Part shown: piece after piece, positions 41,541 through 54,765 of the stretch
Layout: each line of letters begins with the position of its first letter
Position numbering within the stretch: position 1 is the stretch's first letter
Source of the DNA: Sminthopsis crassicaudata
Taxonomy: Eukaryota
Reading direction: 5' to 3'
Assembly: GCF_048593235.1 (NCBI RefSeq)
Contig: NC_133617.1
Location: 68,285,767 to 68,349,766, forward strand
Length of the DNA: 64,000 bases
The notes under the pieces: generated by a model
Databases searched by the model: none
Told to the model about the DNA's origin: nothing
Seen by the model: the letters and a program-made list of their open reading frames with translations, nothing else
Program-made: the position numbers and the translations under genes

Positions 41541-42794
41541 GATGAGCTGCGGATTGTAGGAGGGCTAGAGACTGAAGAGTTCCATGCACACCATTTTATC
41601 TCCCCCCACCCCCAGCAGGAGGAGCTGGACAGAGCTGGGTGGGCGGCCCAGAACATTAACTCTTGCCTTGCCCAACTCATGCACCTGGAGCATTATCCAT
41701 CATGCCTACCATTTAATCCCCAATGCTTATAACACCCTATTGGGTGTTCAGCATTGGGAGAGAAAAGTGAAAGCAACATCTGTGGACCATTAGGGAAAAA
41801 GTTGCTCCCTCCCTCATGGTTCCAGAGGCTTTTTTCCAATACTTTTATAATGTAGTTTCTCCAGCCTGGGCTGGAGGTGATTGCATCTCAATGCCAAAAA
41901 TTTAGGGTAAGACTTTCCCCAGTCAGAATGGCCCAAGTGCACATTGCTGACCCATCTCTGATCTCTCAAGTGGAGTTGGAGGGAAAGGCAGAATAACCAA
42001 CGGTAGGGGGACACCGAGGACTGCCTGCCACATGTGCAACAGATGCTTGGAAATCCCTCCTCTACACTTCCTGGGTTCCAGGCTCCAACGTGAGCAGGGG
42101 GGATTAAGGCATCATGCCTCTGTCTCCGGCCTGCCTGCTCCAACATCAAAACAGGAAACACCCCATCACAGCCCACATTTTCCCTTCATTGAGCCACAGA
42201 TTATGAGGCCTAGGAACTTGGTGTTCTTCCACAACGGTCTGGGGGACAAGGCAGAGTGAGGCTGGGGATCCCCTCCAGCCCCTGTTGCTAGGCAGAGAAT
42301 CAAGCTGTCAGACCTCAGTCCCTGAAAGCCGGGCCTAAATTTGTTTAGGACAGGGAAGGAGGAGGAAGAGAGCCGGGGGTCCAGAAGAGCCTGCTTCCTC
42401 TTGGATGTTCCCCTCCAAGGTGGGGGGTGAGGAGATGGGGAACAGGAGTCTCCTCCTAGGAATACCAGGCATTTCCCAAGAATTAGCTTGACATGCCAGA
42501 CATTCCCAGCAGCCACCAAGTACAGCGGGGGGAGGGGGGGGGGGACACTGCAGGAAGGGAAGTTTCCACACCTGGATTCCAGACTAAATCCCTTGATGGA
42601 AGGCAGTCCTGCAGGGATGAGGAAGGGGGGCAAGGCCTGACAGCCCAGACCAGTCCCTTTGCTGCCGTGGGGCTCAGTTTCCCCACCTGTAGCCAGGGAG
42701 CTGCCCTCAATGGTCTCTTGGGCCACCGGCTCCCAAACCCACAATCCTCCCCCCCAGAAAGTCACACAGAGCCCGAGAAAAAGGCCGAGCAGCT

Positions 42795-42800
42795 TTTATT
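42795..42800 (-). terminator. GTF2F1 proximal polyadenylation signal AATAAA
   Basis: TTTATT on the + strand, 26 nt beyond the stop codon. Confidence 0.6.
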
Positions 42801-42826
42801 GGCTCTGCTGTGTCCCTGCAGCTGCG

Positions 42827-45800
42827 TCACTCCTTAAGGGAGAAGTGCATCTTGTCATTGATCATCTTGCGCTCCGGGTTGAGGCGCTTCAAGATCTGGG
42901 CCAGCACGTTGACTGTCTGGTCACTGCTGAGCCCCGTCTTCTTGGTCTGGAACTTCTTCAGCAGGTCCTTGGTGGTCATGGGCTTTCGGGTCAGGTAGCG
43001 CCTGACCGCGTCCTCTGTCACCTGCACATCACTGGGGGGAGAAAGGTCAGGGTCAGAGGGTGGAGGCTCTGCTGTCAGTCCCAGAAATGGCCCCTGACTC
43101 ACCTATTGCAGCCCAGCCCAGGCCCCTCCCCCCAATGGGTCCTGATTCACACACTGCTGCCCAGCCCAGGCCCCCCCTTTCCCCCTCCCCGCCAAATGGC
43201 CCCTGACTCACCCACTGCTGGGCGTGGACTTGCCAGACTGAGGCTGGGGGGTGGATTTCCCTGAGATGCTCTGAGGCCCCGCATCCAGCCTCAGGCGCTT
43301 GGCAGCAGGTGTATCACTGGGTCCCGTCTGGCGCTTCCCTGCATGGAACCATCCAACCTCCAGGTCAGAGCTGGAGGGGTCTCTCAAAACTCAGGCTTCT
43401 CTACAGCTGAGCAGGAGCCCCTTCTTCAGGACCCTCAGAAAGCCTCCCCAACCCCTCTCTCTCAGAGCCAGAGGATGGGGATTCAAGCTCGGACCTGCCT
43501 CCCTGGGCCTTGCTTCCAAGGCCCACACCATCCTAGCCATCTTCCTCTGGGCTGCCCCCCCCACCCCATCACTGTTCGCACAAAGTGGGCCCCAGGACTG
43601 AATGAATACTGCAGTGGTGGAGGACGGGGCGCTCTCCCCTCCCGGGTCTGAGTCCCTATACCCCCAAAATGAGCTTCTCTGGCCTCAGAGGGGCCAACAG
43701 AACCTCCCAAAGCGAGAAGCTGGGAAAGTGCCCAAAAAGAGGAGAGAGACAGGGCCCAGGAGCGGGCTCCTGGGGGACACGATCTCATGGGGGAGGGGTA
43801 GAGACCGGGGTCCACCTCACCTTGCTCCAGCTTGCTGGCGGCTGCCCGCAGGGTGGAGGACGTGCTGCCGCTGTCCACACTGGGAGTGCTAGGGCGGCTG
43901 TTGCCCCTGGAGCTGCTGCCTGAGGCCTTCCGCTCCCTCTTGGGGGGAGTCTTCTTCTTCTGCACAAAGGGGCAAGGGAGACTGAGCTGGGGAAGGCAAA
44001 GACGAGCCCACCCCCCCGTTGGGGTCCCCCCAGACCATACTCACGGTCATGAAGAGGGCCGAGGACGCCTCGTTGTCGATGTCACTCTCCTCGGAGGTGT
44101 CCGACTCCTCGCTGCTGTCTCCTGAGGGCCAAAAGGGAGCCTGAGTCCCGGGGCCGGCCAAAGGGGCACCTCACCCAGACTCTGCAGCCTCAGGGAGCTG
44201 TATAGAACCAAGCCCAAGCAGCAGCCGGGGCTCCAGAGAGGGGACCTGGGGGAGGCAGGGAAGTTGGAGGAGCCAGAGGGGTTTCTGGGGGAGGAAGGAG
44301 AGCTTCTGGGGCCTCCAAGTGCATTTCCCCCAGCAGCTCAGGGGCCAGGGGAGAGGATGGGGACTAAGCACAAGGAGAGCAGGAGTCTGAGAAGGGAGGG
44401 GCAGGGACCCGTCAGCCAAGAGGGCATCTGGGACGGCCATGGGAACACCGGCTGTGCAGAGGCAGCGTGAAGGCCTCGAATGCCGGGCCGGCTCCTCCTC
44501 CAGCCATTGAGCTCACCTTTCCTCCTCTTCTTCTCCTGTGGGTTGGGGGCCTTCTTATCTTCTTCCTCCTTCTCCTCCTCCTCAGGGGGCTTCTCCTCCT
44601 CACTCTCCTCACTGCTTTCACTTTCCTCATCAATGCCTGAGGGGGAAACCAGAGGGTTCTCCTGGTCCAGGGACCCCGACCTGCCCCTGCCTTCGGCTCT
44701 GCTGCCAACTGGCACCCCGAGACTTAGCCTGGGCTTAAAGCATCCTCTGCAGCTAAAGGCCTGTGGCTCTCTGCTCCCCTTCCCAGCCTTCCTCACAGAA
44801 AGTGTTCCCTCCCCTGCCACTGCCTTCTCAGCTCCTTACAGGAGCCTGGCTTTTGGAAGCAAAAATGACTCCATTTTGCAACCACTGTCATCAAGGTTGC
44901 CATTGGTCTCCTAATTATTAAACATAATTGCCTTTTTCTCTTTCCAACTGGATGCTGCACACATGCATTTCCAATTCAACGTAAGGAAAGCAGAGTTTAT
45001 CACATCCCTCCCACACCCCACAATCCTCTAACTTCCCTATATCTTTCTTTCTTTTAAAAATTTTCTCCATTGATGATCCAGCCATTCTGGAGAATAATTT
45101 GGAACTATGCCCAAAGGGCTATAAAACTGCATATACTTTGACCCAGCAGTGCCATTACTGGGTCTGTATCACAAGGAAATCATAGAGGAGGAAACGTGCC
45201 TAAATGTTTGTGGCAGCTCTTTTTGTAGTGGCAGGGAACTGGAGACTGAGTGGCTGCTCACTAATTGAGGAATTGCTGAACAAACTGTGGTACATGAAGG
45301 TAATGGAATATTCGTTCTATAAGAAACAATGAGCAGGATGATTTCAGAACTGATGCTGAGTGAAGTGAACAAAACCAGGAAGTGACTGTAACAGTAACAG
45401 CAAGGTTGTATGATGATCAACTGTGAAAAACAGCTCATCTCATCAATGTGGTAGTTCAAGACAATTCGAATAGACCTGGGATAGAAAATGTCATCTATAT
45501 CTAGAGTCTCCGCTACGGAAACTGAATGTGGATCAAAGCATGCTATTTTCCCCTTTTTTATTTGTTTGCTATTTCTTTCTCGTGGATTTTTTCCCTTTTG
45601 GTCTGATTTTTCTTGAACAACATGATGCATATGGAAATATGTTTAAAAATGTCATATATGTCTACTCTATGTCCGATTGCTTGCTCTACTGAGGAGGATC
45701 TGGAACCCAAAACCTTACAAAAATAAGTACTGAAAACTACTTTTGCATGTAGTTTGGGGGAAAAAATACCACTGATATAAAAACAATTTTCCCCCAATTT

Positions 45801-48800
45801 CTTTTAAGAGTTCAAGATTGTAAGCTTGAGTTGTTCCATTCTTTCCTCTCCCTCACCACTTATATAAAGAGAGTTGTCACTTTATTTCTAATTACTCTTT
45901 GTCCTCTCCATTCCTAATTTAGATCCTCATCCTTTCTTACTCAGATTTCTCCAACAGCCTCCTCTCCTGTCTCCTTGCCTCCAATGCTGCCCCCCCCACC
46001 CATCCTCTAGAATTCAGCTTCTTAAAACTGGGTTGTGACCTCATTTGGGATGATGTAACTCAATGTGGGGGGGGGGCCTATTTACTGTACTTTACCCACA
46101 ATGGCTGAGCCTTTGAACAGGCCAGGAGCCCTCCTTTGCTTGGGATGCTCAGCTCAGTTCAACGCTCTACTCACGCCGACGCTTCCCATTTGAGACCTTT
46201 TTGGATCATAACTGTGAACCTCCTTCCTAAAGTTACTTTGAATTGCACCTCTCTGAGTCCACATTCTCCCAAGTACAACGTCAGCCCCTTGAGGGCAGGG
46301 CCTTTTTCTCTCAAGCACAAGGCTCCTCAGTGGCCGGCGTTTAACCAGTATTGGCTGACCTGCTCTGCCCTGAATATCCTGGTCTTCACAGGGAAAGGCA
46401 AAGAGAAGGATGGGTCCTGCCCTCAGGCCCACACCTACCTTTAGGGCCGTCCTCCTCCTGCTGGACCACCTTGGTTTTCCCTACTGCCTCCTCCTCAGAG
46501 CTGCTGCAAGGGAAAGAACAGGCTGCAGGTGAGCAGGTTGTGGCGGGGGCTCCGAGTCTGGAAGGAAGAAGGGGGTCTGGAGCCTGTGTCCCTTACCTGG
46601 AGCCATCTGACATGTAGTCCACCTCCTGGCCCTCAAAGTCCCCATCATCGCTGTCCTCAAAGGCCTCATCATCAGAGCCCTTCTTCTTCTTCTTCTTGCC
46701 CCCCCTGGAGGGAGCCGCCTTCTTCTTGCTCTTGGGGACCTTCTCTCCTGGGGAGAGCAGGGGAGGTCAGGGCCTACACTGTGCCGGTCCCTGATCCCTG
46801 GGGGCCTTTCCCCCAGCACACCCACAGCCCCGCCCCCATCCTCACCCTCCTCCCCACTGCTGTTGCTGTCCTCAGAGCTCATCTCCAGGTCGTCCTCCAG
46901 GTCATGGATGCGGAGCTCACTGGGCTTCTTCCGGCTCTTCTTCTCTTTATGCTCATCTTCATCCTCATCGTGGTCCTGGTCCTTCAGCCGCCGCTGCTGC
47001 ATGATGCTGAAGTGGTTCAGGACTTTGTTCCTCCTGCAAACAAGGCTGTGCATCATGCAGGGTCTCCGGGAGGGGCAGCCCTTCTACCAGGAAGCCCTCC
47101 CTGACTGAGGACGCCCAGCTCAGAACTCTCTGCCTCCCCTCAGGGCTCAGGCCCAGTTTGTTTGCACTGGGAGGTGTGTCTGTCTGTCTGTCTGTGGCTC
47201 TTCCAAAGCCGAGAAGCAGGGGCAGAACCCTTCATACGGAATCAGGAAAGTGACAGAGGATCCCCTGCCGTGATCTTCCCCTGGATCCTTGGATCACAGA
47301 AGTCGAGCCGGAGCAAGCTCAGAAGTCCTCTGGCCAAGATCTCAGAGGCAGGAGAGGACTGTCCCCATTACTAGCTCTCTGACCCAGGCTGTGGCCAGGA
47401 GGAGGCAGAGGACACGTGGAGGAGCCTGAGGCAAAGGCTGAGCAGGGAGCACGGCTGCCCCGGGCCCTGCAGGCTGCCCTGACTGACACACAGGCTCCCC
47501 CGCGGGGGATGGGCCCTCCCCGTCTCCCTGCCCGCTCACCTCTCCCATTCCTCCTCGGCCTCCTCGGCCGTGAGCGTCCGGTGCCGCGCCAGAGGGGTGA
47601 AGTTGTACCAGTTGTGCACAGGGAAGGCTTCGAAGGCCCCGTCGGGGCACTGGGTGAAGATGTAGTACGAGGTGTTTTCCGTCACCCCGCCCTTCTTCAC
47701 TCCCTTGAACCTGCAGCAGGCAAGAGGAAAGGGGACAAAGATGTCTTCCCTGCCGGGCCCTGCCAGGCCTGCGGGGCTGCTCCTCAGAGGGCCCCCCTCC
47801 TCTCAGCCTGGAGCCCCAGGCACCGACAGGCCTGGAACATGGCCCGGGATGGGGCCGGAGCCTCGGGGCCGAGCCTCGTCCCCCAAAGCTGGGAGAATGT
47901 TCCAGTCCCGCTCCCCCTCCCAGGAGGGACAAAAGGCCAGAACCCGGGCCAGGGCCCCCCCGAGGCCGCTCACCTCCTGCCCGTTTTGCCATTGACTTTG
48001 AGTAGCCAGGGCTGGTCTTCAGCCTTGAAGGCCTTGAGGATGATGCCGTACTTCTTCCTCCTGGCCTCGTCCCGCAGCTTGCGATTGAACTCGCTGCCGG
48101 CCCCGGACTCCGGCATCTCCTCCTCCTGGTAGATCTTCTTGTTGCTCAGGTCCCGCTCCATCTTGGCCTGCGGGGGGAAGCCACCTCGTCTGGGGGCCCC
48201 GGCCGGGCCTGGGGGGCCTCAGCTCCCCCGCCCCCGCCTGCCTCCTCCGGGCCCTTCCTAACCTCTTACCCTCGGTGTCCTTCAGGGCCGTGACTTATTT
48301 TTGCACTGCAGTGTTTAGTTACACACCCTGGAGGGTGTTTCCTTTATACCTTGTTAGGTATCCTGACAGACTGAGCACACAGAAGGGCTCTAATGAGTGC
48401 TGGGCAAACTGAAAGAGGAGGAAGATGCCCTTTCTGGTACCCGTGTACCCCTGCGCCTGGAAATCCCCAAGCCCTCCTGCCTCCGGCTCAAAGCCCTCAG
48501 AGCTCTCCTGGTCCCGGACTCTTACCTGGTGCCAGGTGGAGAAGTTGACTTTGTCCGCTGCGTTGAAAGCCATGATGTTGTACCTCTTGAGGTTGTTCCT
48601 GTGGGAGCAGAATTGTGAGCCCTCAGGAAAAGTCGGTGGGGGAAGAGAAAAGGACTGAAGCTGGGACTTGGGCTGCCCGGCCCATGCCTCCCCTGCCCCT
48701 GCCCCTCCCGGCCGGCAGAACTCACTTGGGAACTCGAACGACATACTCGGTCACAGTCTGGCTGCTGGTCCCCTGCACAGAGAGAGTGAGTCAGGGAAGC

Positions 48801-49035
48801 GCGCCACTTTAAAATGCCGGGGTCCAAAAGAAGCGCGTGGGTGCGGGGCACAGCCCCTGCCCGGGTACAAGGGGTACGTACACACAGCCCCCCCCAGGGA
48901 CTCCGGGGAAGGCGCGGAGCTGCAGTGGCCACACCCACCAGGCAGAGGCCGCTCCCAGAGGGTCAGAGCCGCTCCCGCGGGTCCCACACACCTGCACAGC
49001 GCTGCTCCCATCCACCCACTCACCAAGCTCGTCAT
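42827..49035 (-). CDS. GTF2F1: General transcription factor IIF subunit 1 (RAP74), ~520-522 aa. 13 exons: 49035-49024, 48772-48726, 48598-48526, 48167-47974, 47710-47540, 47033-46846, 46747-46597, 46503-46439, 44636-44517, 44121-44045, 43959-43821, 43338-43212, 43031-42827
   Basis: MTSL|GTSSQTVTEYVVRVPK|NNLKRYNIMAFNAADKVNFSTWHQ|AKMERDLSNKKIYQEEEMPESGAGSEF...|FKGVKKGGVTENTSYYIFTQCPDGAFEAFPVHNWYNF...|...DVQVTEDAVRRYLTRKPMTTKDLLKKFQTKKTGLSSDQTVNVLAQILKRLNPERKMINDKMHFSLKE*. All junctions are GT-AG and phase-compatible; total 1569 nt. Confidence 0.98.
45070..45785 (+). mobile_element. Old L1 3' end in GTF2F1 intron 8 (antisense to the gene)
   Basis: ccattctggagaataatttggaactatgcccaaag...gcagctcttttt ORF2 C-terminus plus marsupial L1 3' UTR. 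Confidence 0.8.
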
Positions 49036-50450
49036 CTTGTCCAAAGCTGGGCCCGCTGCGTGACCGCGTGGAGGGTCAAAAGTCGTAGCGCATCCGGCTC
49101 CTAATCTGCCCCCCGAACCCCGATGCGACTACGATGCGGGCCAGGTTCCTACCTCAAACAAGGAAGAGCCACCGAGGGAAACTTGGAGTCCCAGCAAGCG
49201 CTGCGGTTTGACCCGGAAACTAAACTTTCCGCGTCGTCGTCTTGACTACCTTTAGCGGCCTTAGGGGAGTGGCTCAAGCCCGACCCAAGCGGCGGGCCAT
49301 TGCAAGCGTCCGAGTTTGTGCAAATCTCTGTCTCCGGGGCCCAGCCTTTCCCCACAATGTAGACAGGCCTGGGTGTCGCGCTGCGCGGGCGGAATGGGTC
49401 CCTTCCCCATCCTCGGTCGTGGGAAGGAGTCAATCGGGCTTCATTAATTATTCATGAGGCGGCAAATTTTCTGCGCGGGCCGGACTAATCTAGCATTTCC
49501 TGTGTCGTTGTTGTCGTATAGAACCATACGGGCATTCGCAGGATTTTCGTTGCAGTGCGGCGCATTTCGGGATTCGTAGTTCTTGAATCTCCTGGACACG
49601 GAGAAGAGCCCGAGCCCTTTGCGCAGGCGCACTCTCACCGCTGTTTCGTTGCGTTGTCACGGCAACTGCGAGGCCATGGCAACTGCATTCTAGGCTTCCC
49701 CTCCCTTCCCCCTTCCTGGAAACTACAGCATCCACCTCTAGACCTGATGTGGACCTTAGGGGGTCTGTTCCCACCCTCCCTGCGGCACAGCCTGTGACAA
49801 GTACCCAGTCAGCGCTGCTGAGAAACCTGCCCGAGCGGGAGGAGCCGCCGTGCTCCTTTGTACCGCGCGGCCAGGAACTGCTCTAGCAAGCTTGCGTTTG
49901 CCTCATGGATGCTGCCCCCTGTTTATCCCCTTCGGCGCCAACCCTCCTTCCAAAGCGCTGAAAGCGAGGAGCCCGTCAGTCCTCCGTGGCAGTCCTCCGG
50001 GACGCCCCCGCTCCTCAACGCCCCAACATGGGGTCCCCGGGTCCGGGCGCAGCAGCACAGCCGCAGCCGCGGCTTCAGTTACTCTGCCGCGTTATTCCGT
50101 TCTCTCGTATTAAAACTGGAGCCCAACAAGGGACACTCCGACTGCGGGAGCGCGTTTGGGGGAGGCGGGTCACGGGGTGACTGAGGAGGGAAGGCCGAGC
50201 CTTCCGAGCTTGTCCGGGCTGGGAGTGACATCTCGCTCCCAGAAACTCCGCCCGCCCTACTTCTCTCCCCTTCTGGAGATGCTGACTCCTGCAGGAGGGC
50301 CCTTCAGCCTTGCGTAGTGCTAGAAACAGAGTAGCGCTCAGCGGGGGGTCCCTCCCGCCCGCAAGCAGTCGTCCGGCTTCAGCCTTGGAAAGCGGGACTG
50401 GGGGCGCGCTGCCGGGCTCCGGGTGGACCTCCCAGCTGAACTGACTTTCC
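48700..50450. promoter_or_regulatory. CpG-island promoter of GTF2F1, with NRF1 motif (TGCGCAGGCGCA, 49620-49631), ZNF143/THAP11-type motif (AACTACGAATCCC, - strand, 49569-49581) and ETS site (~49213)
   Basis: Extended CpG-rich tract spanning exon 1 and ~1.4 kb upstream; motifs read directly. Confidence 0.75.
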
Positions 50451-51029
50451 CTTATCGCCTCTCCTGAGCCGGGGTTGTGCAGTGATAGGGTTTTGTGGCG
50501 CCTGATATGTGATCCCTTAGCGGTCTAGGCAGTTCTCTCAGACTGTGTGGCAGAGAAGATGCTGGCCTGCATTGGTAGAGGGAATTTTTTCATTTGGGAT
50601 TTCCCTAAAATAATGGAATCATGCTCCCAGAATTCATCCCCATCTCTTCCTTAGCAAACCTTAAGTTCCACCACCAAGATTTTTTCCCCTTGTTCCTTCC
50701 TTTCTCCTCTAGTATTTTACTCCAAAGATCACTCTCTGGAACAACGGGAATTCTTTCCTTGGAGGCAGGCTTTCTGATCAGTGAGATTTTCTATATCAAG
50801 CCAGCCCCAGACCCTATTTTGGGCCTAATCTTGTTTTGAAAGTTAACCAGATGAACTCTACATTGCATCTGAAAAGGGCACATTGATTCATTATCCCACA
50901 ACTCACCCTCCGAAACTTCCCAAACCTCCTCCTTGGGGTCAAATTGTGAAGGGCTTTAAAAGCCAAGAGGGGCCCACCAGAGAAATCACATGACTGGGTA
51001 ATCACTAACCATTTTGGCTGCTGTGTGGA

Positions 51030-51420
51030 GGAGTTGAAATGGTGACTGATGAGTGAAGGGGATCCGATCCAGTCGGATCAGGGGGCATTATTACAATGTT
51101 GAGAGGCAAGGTCTGAATAAGGGTCTAACTTAAAATCACATAGGTAAAGTCATATTTGTGTGAGTGGAAAGATGGCAGAGCTGTGGGGGCAGGACCAGTA
51201 AGATTCAGCCATGGATTGGATAGAAGGAGGAGGAGAAATAATTGAAGATGACAATGTTGTAAACCTGGGAGACGGAGAAATGATGGTGACTGGCAGAAAT
51301 GGGGAAGTCTGGAGAAAGAAAATCGATGAATTGTGTTTTGGACAGAGTAAATTTTAGCTGCCTATGGGTCATCCAGTTTGAAATGTCCTTTGGGTATCTG
51401 ATACTGTGGAAGCAGAGGTC
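51030..51420 (-). mobile_element. L2 fragment
   Basis: ttgtaaacctggga..ggagaaatgatggtg...cagtttgaaatgtcc motifs typical of L2. Confidence 0.55.
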
Positions 51421-54400
51421 CGAAAAGAACCTGAATGATAGCAAGCTATTCCCTCACATCAGGAATCTTTCCTCATCGCTTCTTATACACTGAGAGACAG
51501 AAAAACCGCACCCGCTTTGTAGGTGCTTTTCCATCAGTTACTGTGGCCCATGTGGTCAGTGCTCTGAAGATAGTCTGTACTCTTTGGACAACTGCCACAC
51601 AAGCTCGCTAGGACTTGCAAGAGCACCTGCTCCCCTGACACAACCTTTGAACTCCTCCTCCGAGTTTGAGGTAGAAGAGAGAGGAAAGAGAAGAAAAATG
51701 GGCCCTGTAAGCCAGGCCACCCACAGGGAGCAGTCGGTTGCTGTGGGGACCACTGAAGCTGTGGCCGAGCCTTTACCTGGCTTAATCAGCACAGCAGTTG
51801 AGTCCCAAACAAATAGATGCAGGCTGTTTTCTAGGAATGGGGGGCCGGGGGCAGGGTGCTGATGCCTCCCCGGAGGGAGTGAGCTGAAACAGAGTGTTGG
51901 AAGGGCACTTAGAGCAGCAGTTTCTGGGAGCCATTAGTTGGTGAAACGGAGGGAAGATTAGGTGCTTTACCCTAACTAAAGATGTCCCAACCTTTGTAAT
52001 TCCTGCCTCTGATCCTTTCAGAACATGGGGAAAGGAGAATGCAATTAGGAGTAACTATTGGGAAATGGTCAGGAGGAGGGAAGAAGGAAGGATGTATCCA
52101 GAGAGCCAGTTGGATTGGAAGGAGTTTGCCAGCCCAAGGTAAGGCAGAGTCACAGAGACATTTCATAATTTTTCTAGATTGAGGGAATGTTACATCTGCT
52201 GAGTGAGGGTGACTGATCTTCTCAGCCTTGAAGTGGTGCAGGTAAGAGATCATTTTGAATAGTCATTGGAGACACCTTGTTTGAGACCCTCCGGAGGTGA
52301 TACACAGAGCATGGTATCACCTCCTGAAGAAATTATAAATTTTATTCCCTTGCTTGCCAATTGAGTAATTGCACAGTGGCCTGCTTCTTTATAGATTCAG
52401 CCATTGGGGCAAAGACCTAGGGGTAGATAGGTATAGGTTTGGCAGTCCCACCTAACACGTCATGTTACCTTTGTGGAAAAGACTGGATACATGTGGATTA
52501 TAAATGGTAGCGTTAGGCGAATGAAAAAAAAGTTGCACATTTGGACTGAAAGAGCTATTAATGGTTCCTAATCAGCTCAGAAGGAGCCCTCTCAACCTCC
52601 TGCCTTAGCTACCTATGTTTAGTCCTGCACTGTTTAATAGTTTTATCAATTATTTTTTGGGGAAAAGGCATAGGTGAAATGGTCATATTTATTGACACAA
52701 AATGAGGAAAGTCAGCCAACCCTTTGGACAGCAGTCAGGATCCAAGATATTTAATAGGCTATAAAAAAAATTGATCCAAATGTAATGATTTTAAAACATT
52801 AACTTTATAGCCATTTCTTGATACATACCACCCCCTCCCTTAATTTTTTTTTTTTTTTTTATCCTACAAAATAAGGACTGGCAGTAATAAGTAACATCCC
52901 ATACCCTGCCTCTAGGTGGAAAAAGATATTTCTTCATTTCTTGATCCTTGAACCTTATGTCTAATAGCAACATAAAAACAGTTTAGTGAATTTTCTTGAA
53001 TAATTAAATTTTCTGGAATGGTTGGACCAATTCTCTGCACCACCGCCAATGTGATTGAAGAGCCCTAGAGGATGTCCTGCAAGTGAATTGAGTCCATTAC
53101 ACATTTATGTTGCCTGGTTTCATTTGGGTCTTCCTTGCAGCAGCAAGGCAATCTTTTTAATGCTCTCTGATTCCCTACCTCATTTCAACCCAGAGGATAT
53201 TTCAGACTACTACTTCTCTCCTCAAGCTTCCCATAGCTCCTATCCCCTGCCCCTAATCTCCACATCATATCAGGACCTCAGGACCTCATCTTATATTTTA
53301 ATGAGAAAATAAAGATCATTCTCTATGAGTTTTCTTCTTTTCCCACATTTTACATCTCAGCACACTTGATTCCAAGTTTGAGGAATAGATGGCTGTTCTT
53401 GATAAAGTCAATCTTTCTACTTGTGCATTTGATCCCGTCCTCTCTGAGGTCTGCCAGCAGATTGTTCTCTTAATCATCCTCTGTGTCATCTATAAACATG
53501 TGGGGGAATTTGGGAGTGAAGATAGGGTGGGGAAGGGAGAGGTATTGATGTGTACAGAGTTAGGCTGAATTATAAGGAAAAGCTTAATGTCCATTTTTCA
53601 GTCACGTTTGACTCTTCATGGACCCATTTGGGATTTTCTTGGAAAAGATACTAAATTAGTTTGCCTTTATTTCTCCAGTTCATTTTACAAATGAGGAAGC
53701 TGAGGTAAATGGTGTTAAGCAACTCGCCTGAGTCCCATAGCTAGTAAGTGCCTGAGGCCAGATTTGAACTCAGGAGGATGAGGCTTCCTGACTTCAGGCC
53801 CATCATTCCATCCACTGTGCCACCTGGTAAAGAGAATTATCTGACTATGGAATAGGTTCCCTTGGAAGATAGCAAGCTTCCCAGGACTGGGAGGTTGAAG
53901 GAACATTTCTCAAGCCTGTGGGTATTTCCCATATAGAGATGTGTACAGGTACCAGTTATTTGAGGTTCCTTCCTGAATGAGAATCAAAGCAATTAATGCC
54001 TGAGAGAAATGTGGCAAATTACCAAAATTATCCATTGTACACCTCTGCTGTCTCTTATTTATATGGCCAAGAGGCCTTGTGAATAAGAGAGAGAGATATT
54101 TGGGGGAGCCAGATAGGAGGAGCGGGTAAAAAATGCATACCGTGGTGTTCAGCAGGAATAGTGGTGGAGAGAAGAGCCAAAGTTATCTTCTTTGACTTTA
54201 ATGTCGTCTTTATTATTTTTGAGCCTATTAGTAAAAGCAGAACAAAACCTTTCCTACAGTCCAGATGTCACAGAGACTTAAATGAACCCAGATATGGGAG
54301 AGCATGGAAATTCATTTTCTTTAAGGCACTGAATACAGAGGAGATCACACTTTGGATGAAGAAGTATGGAGGAAGGACCACTGGATTTGTAATCAAAAGA

Positions 54401-54526
54401 CCTGGCTTAGACCCCAGACTCCACGCCCCACTAAGCTATGTGTTCTTGGACTTGAGTAAGTCTTTGACTTTGACTCTCTGTACCTCAGTTTCCCACCTGA
54501 AAAACAAAAGGTAAGACTACTTTAGG

Positions 54527-54765
54527 AATTCTTAACTCAGGGTATATGAATTTTTAAAAATTTAGCTATTTCAATATAATTCATATATAAATCTGTATGT
54601 ATATTTATACACATACCTACATATATAAACATAAACACATAGACTTACATACATGAATGTATGTCTATATGTGTATGTGTGTATTTGCATTTAAACATTT
54701 TTCTGAAAAGAGATCCATAGCCTTTACCAGACTGCTCCTTGACACAAATAGGGTTTGGAACTCCC
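54527..54765. mobile_element. Probable hAT (Charlie/MER5-like) non-autonomous DNA element
   Basis: aggaattcttaac...gtttggaactc termini resemble cagggg..cttaac TIRs; AT-rich core. Confidence 0.35.

Noticed and set aside
42527-42544. G6-A-G11 run about 1 kb upstream of PSPN (G-quadruplex candidate)
   Set aside because: A simple homopolymer run in a GC-rich isochore, with length unreliable in a short-read assembly.
47342-48132. Long overlapping ORFs (216-238 aa) on both strands in GTF2F1
   Set aside because: Stop-poor GC-rich introns and antisense of coding exons; low-complexity Pro/Gly/Ala/Arg products with no recognisable domain.
49274-49300. Strong-Kozak 8-codon uORF (MARRLGRA*) on the GTF2F1 strand
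   Set aside because: Probably upstream of the TSS (ETS/initiator-like signals near 49210), so it cannot be shown to be transcribed.
52293-52324. Perfect 11-bp hairpin GGAGGTGATAC-N10-GTATCACCTCC
   Set aside because: A stem of this length is not unexpected by chance in 64 kb; there are no snoRNA boxes, miRNA-length stem or Pol III signals.
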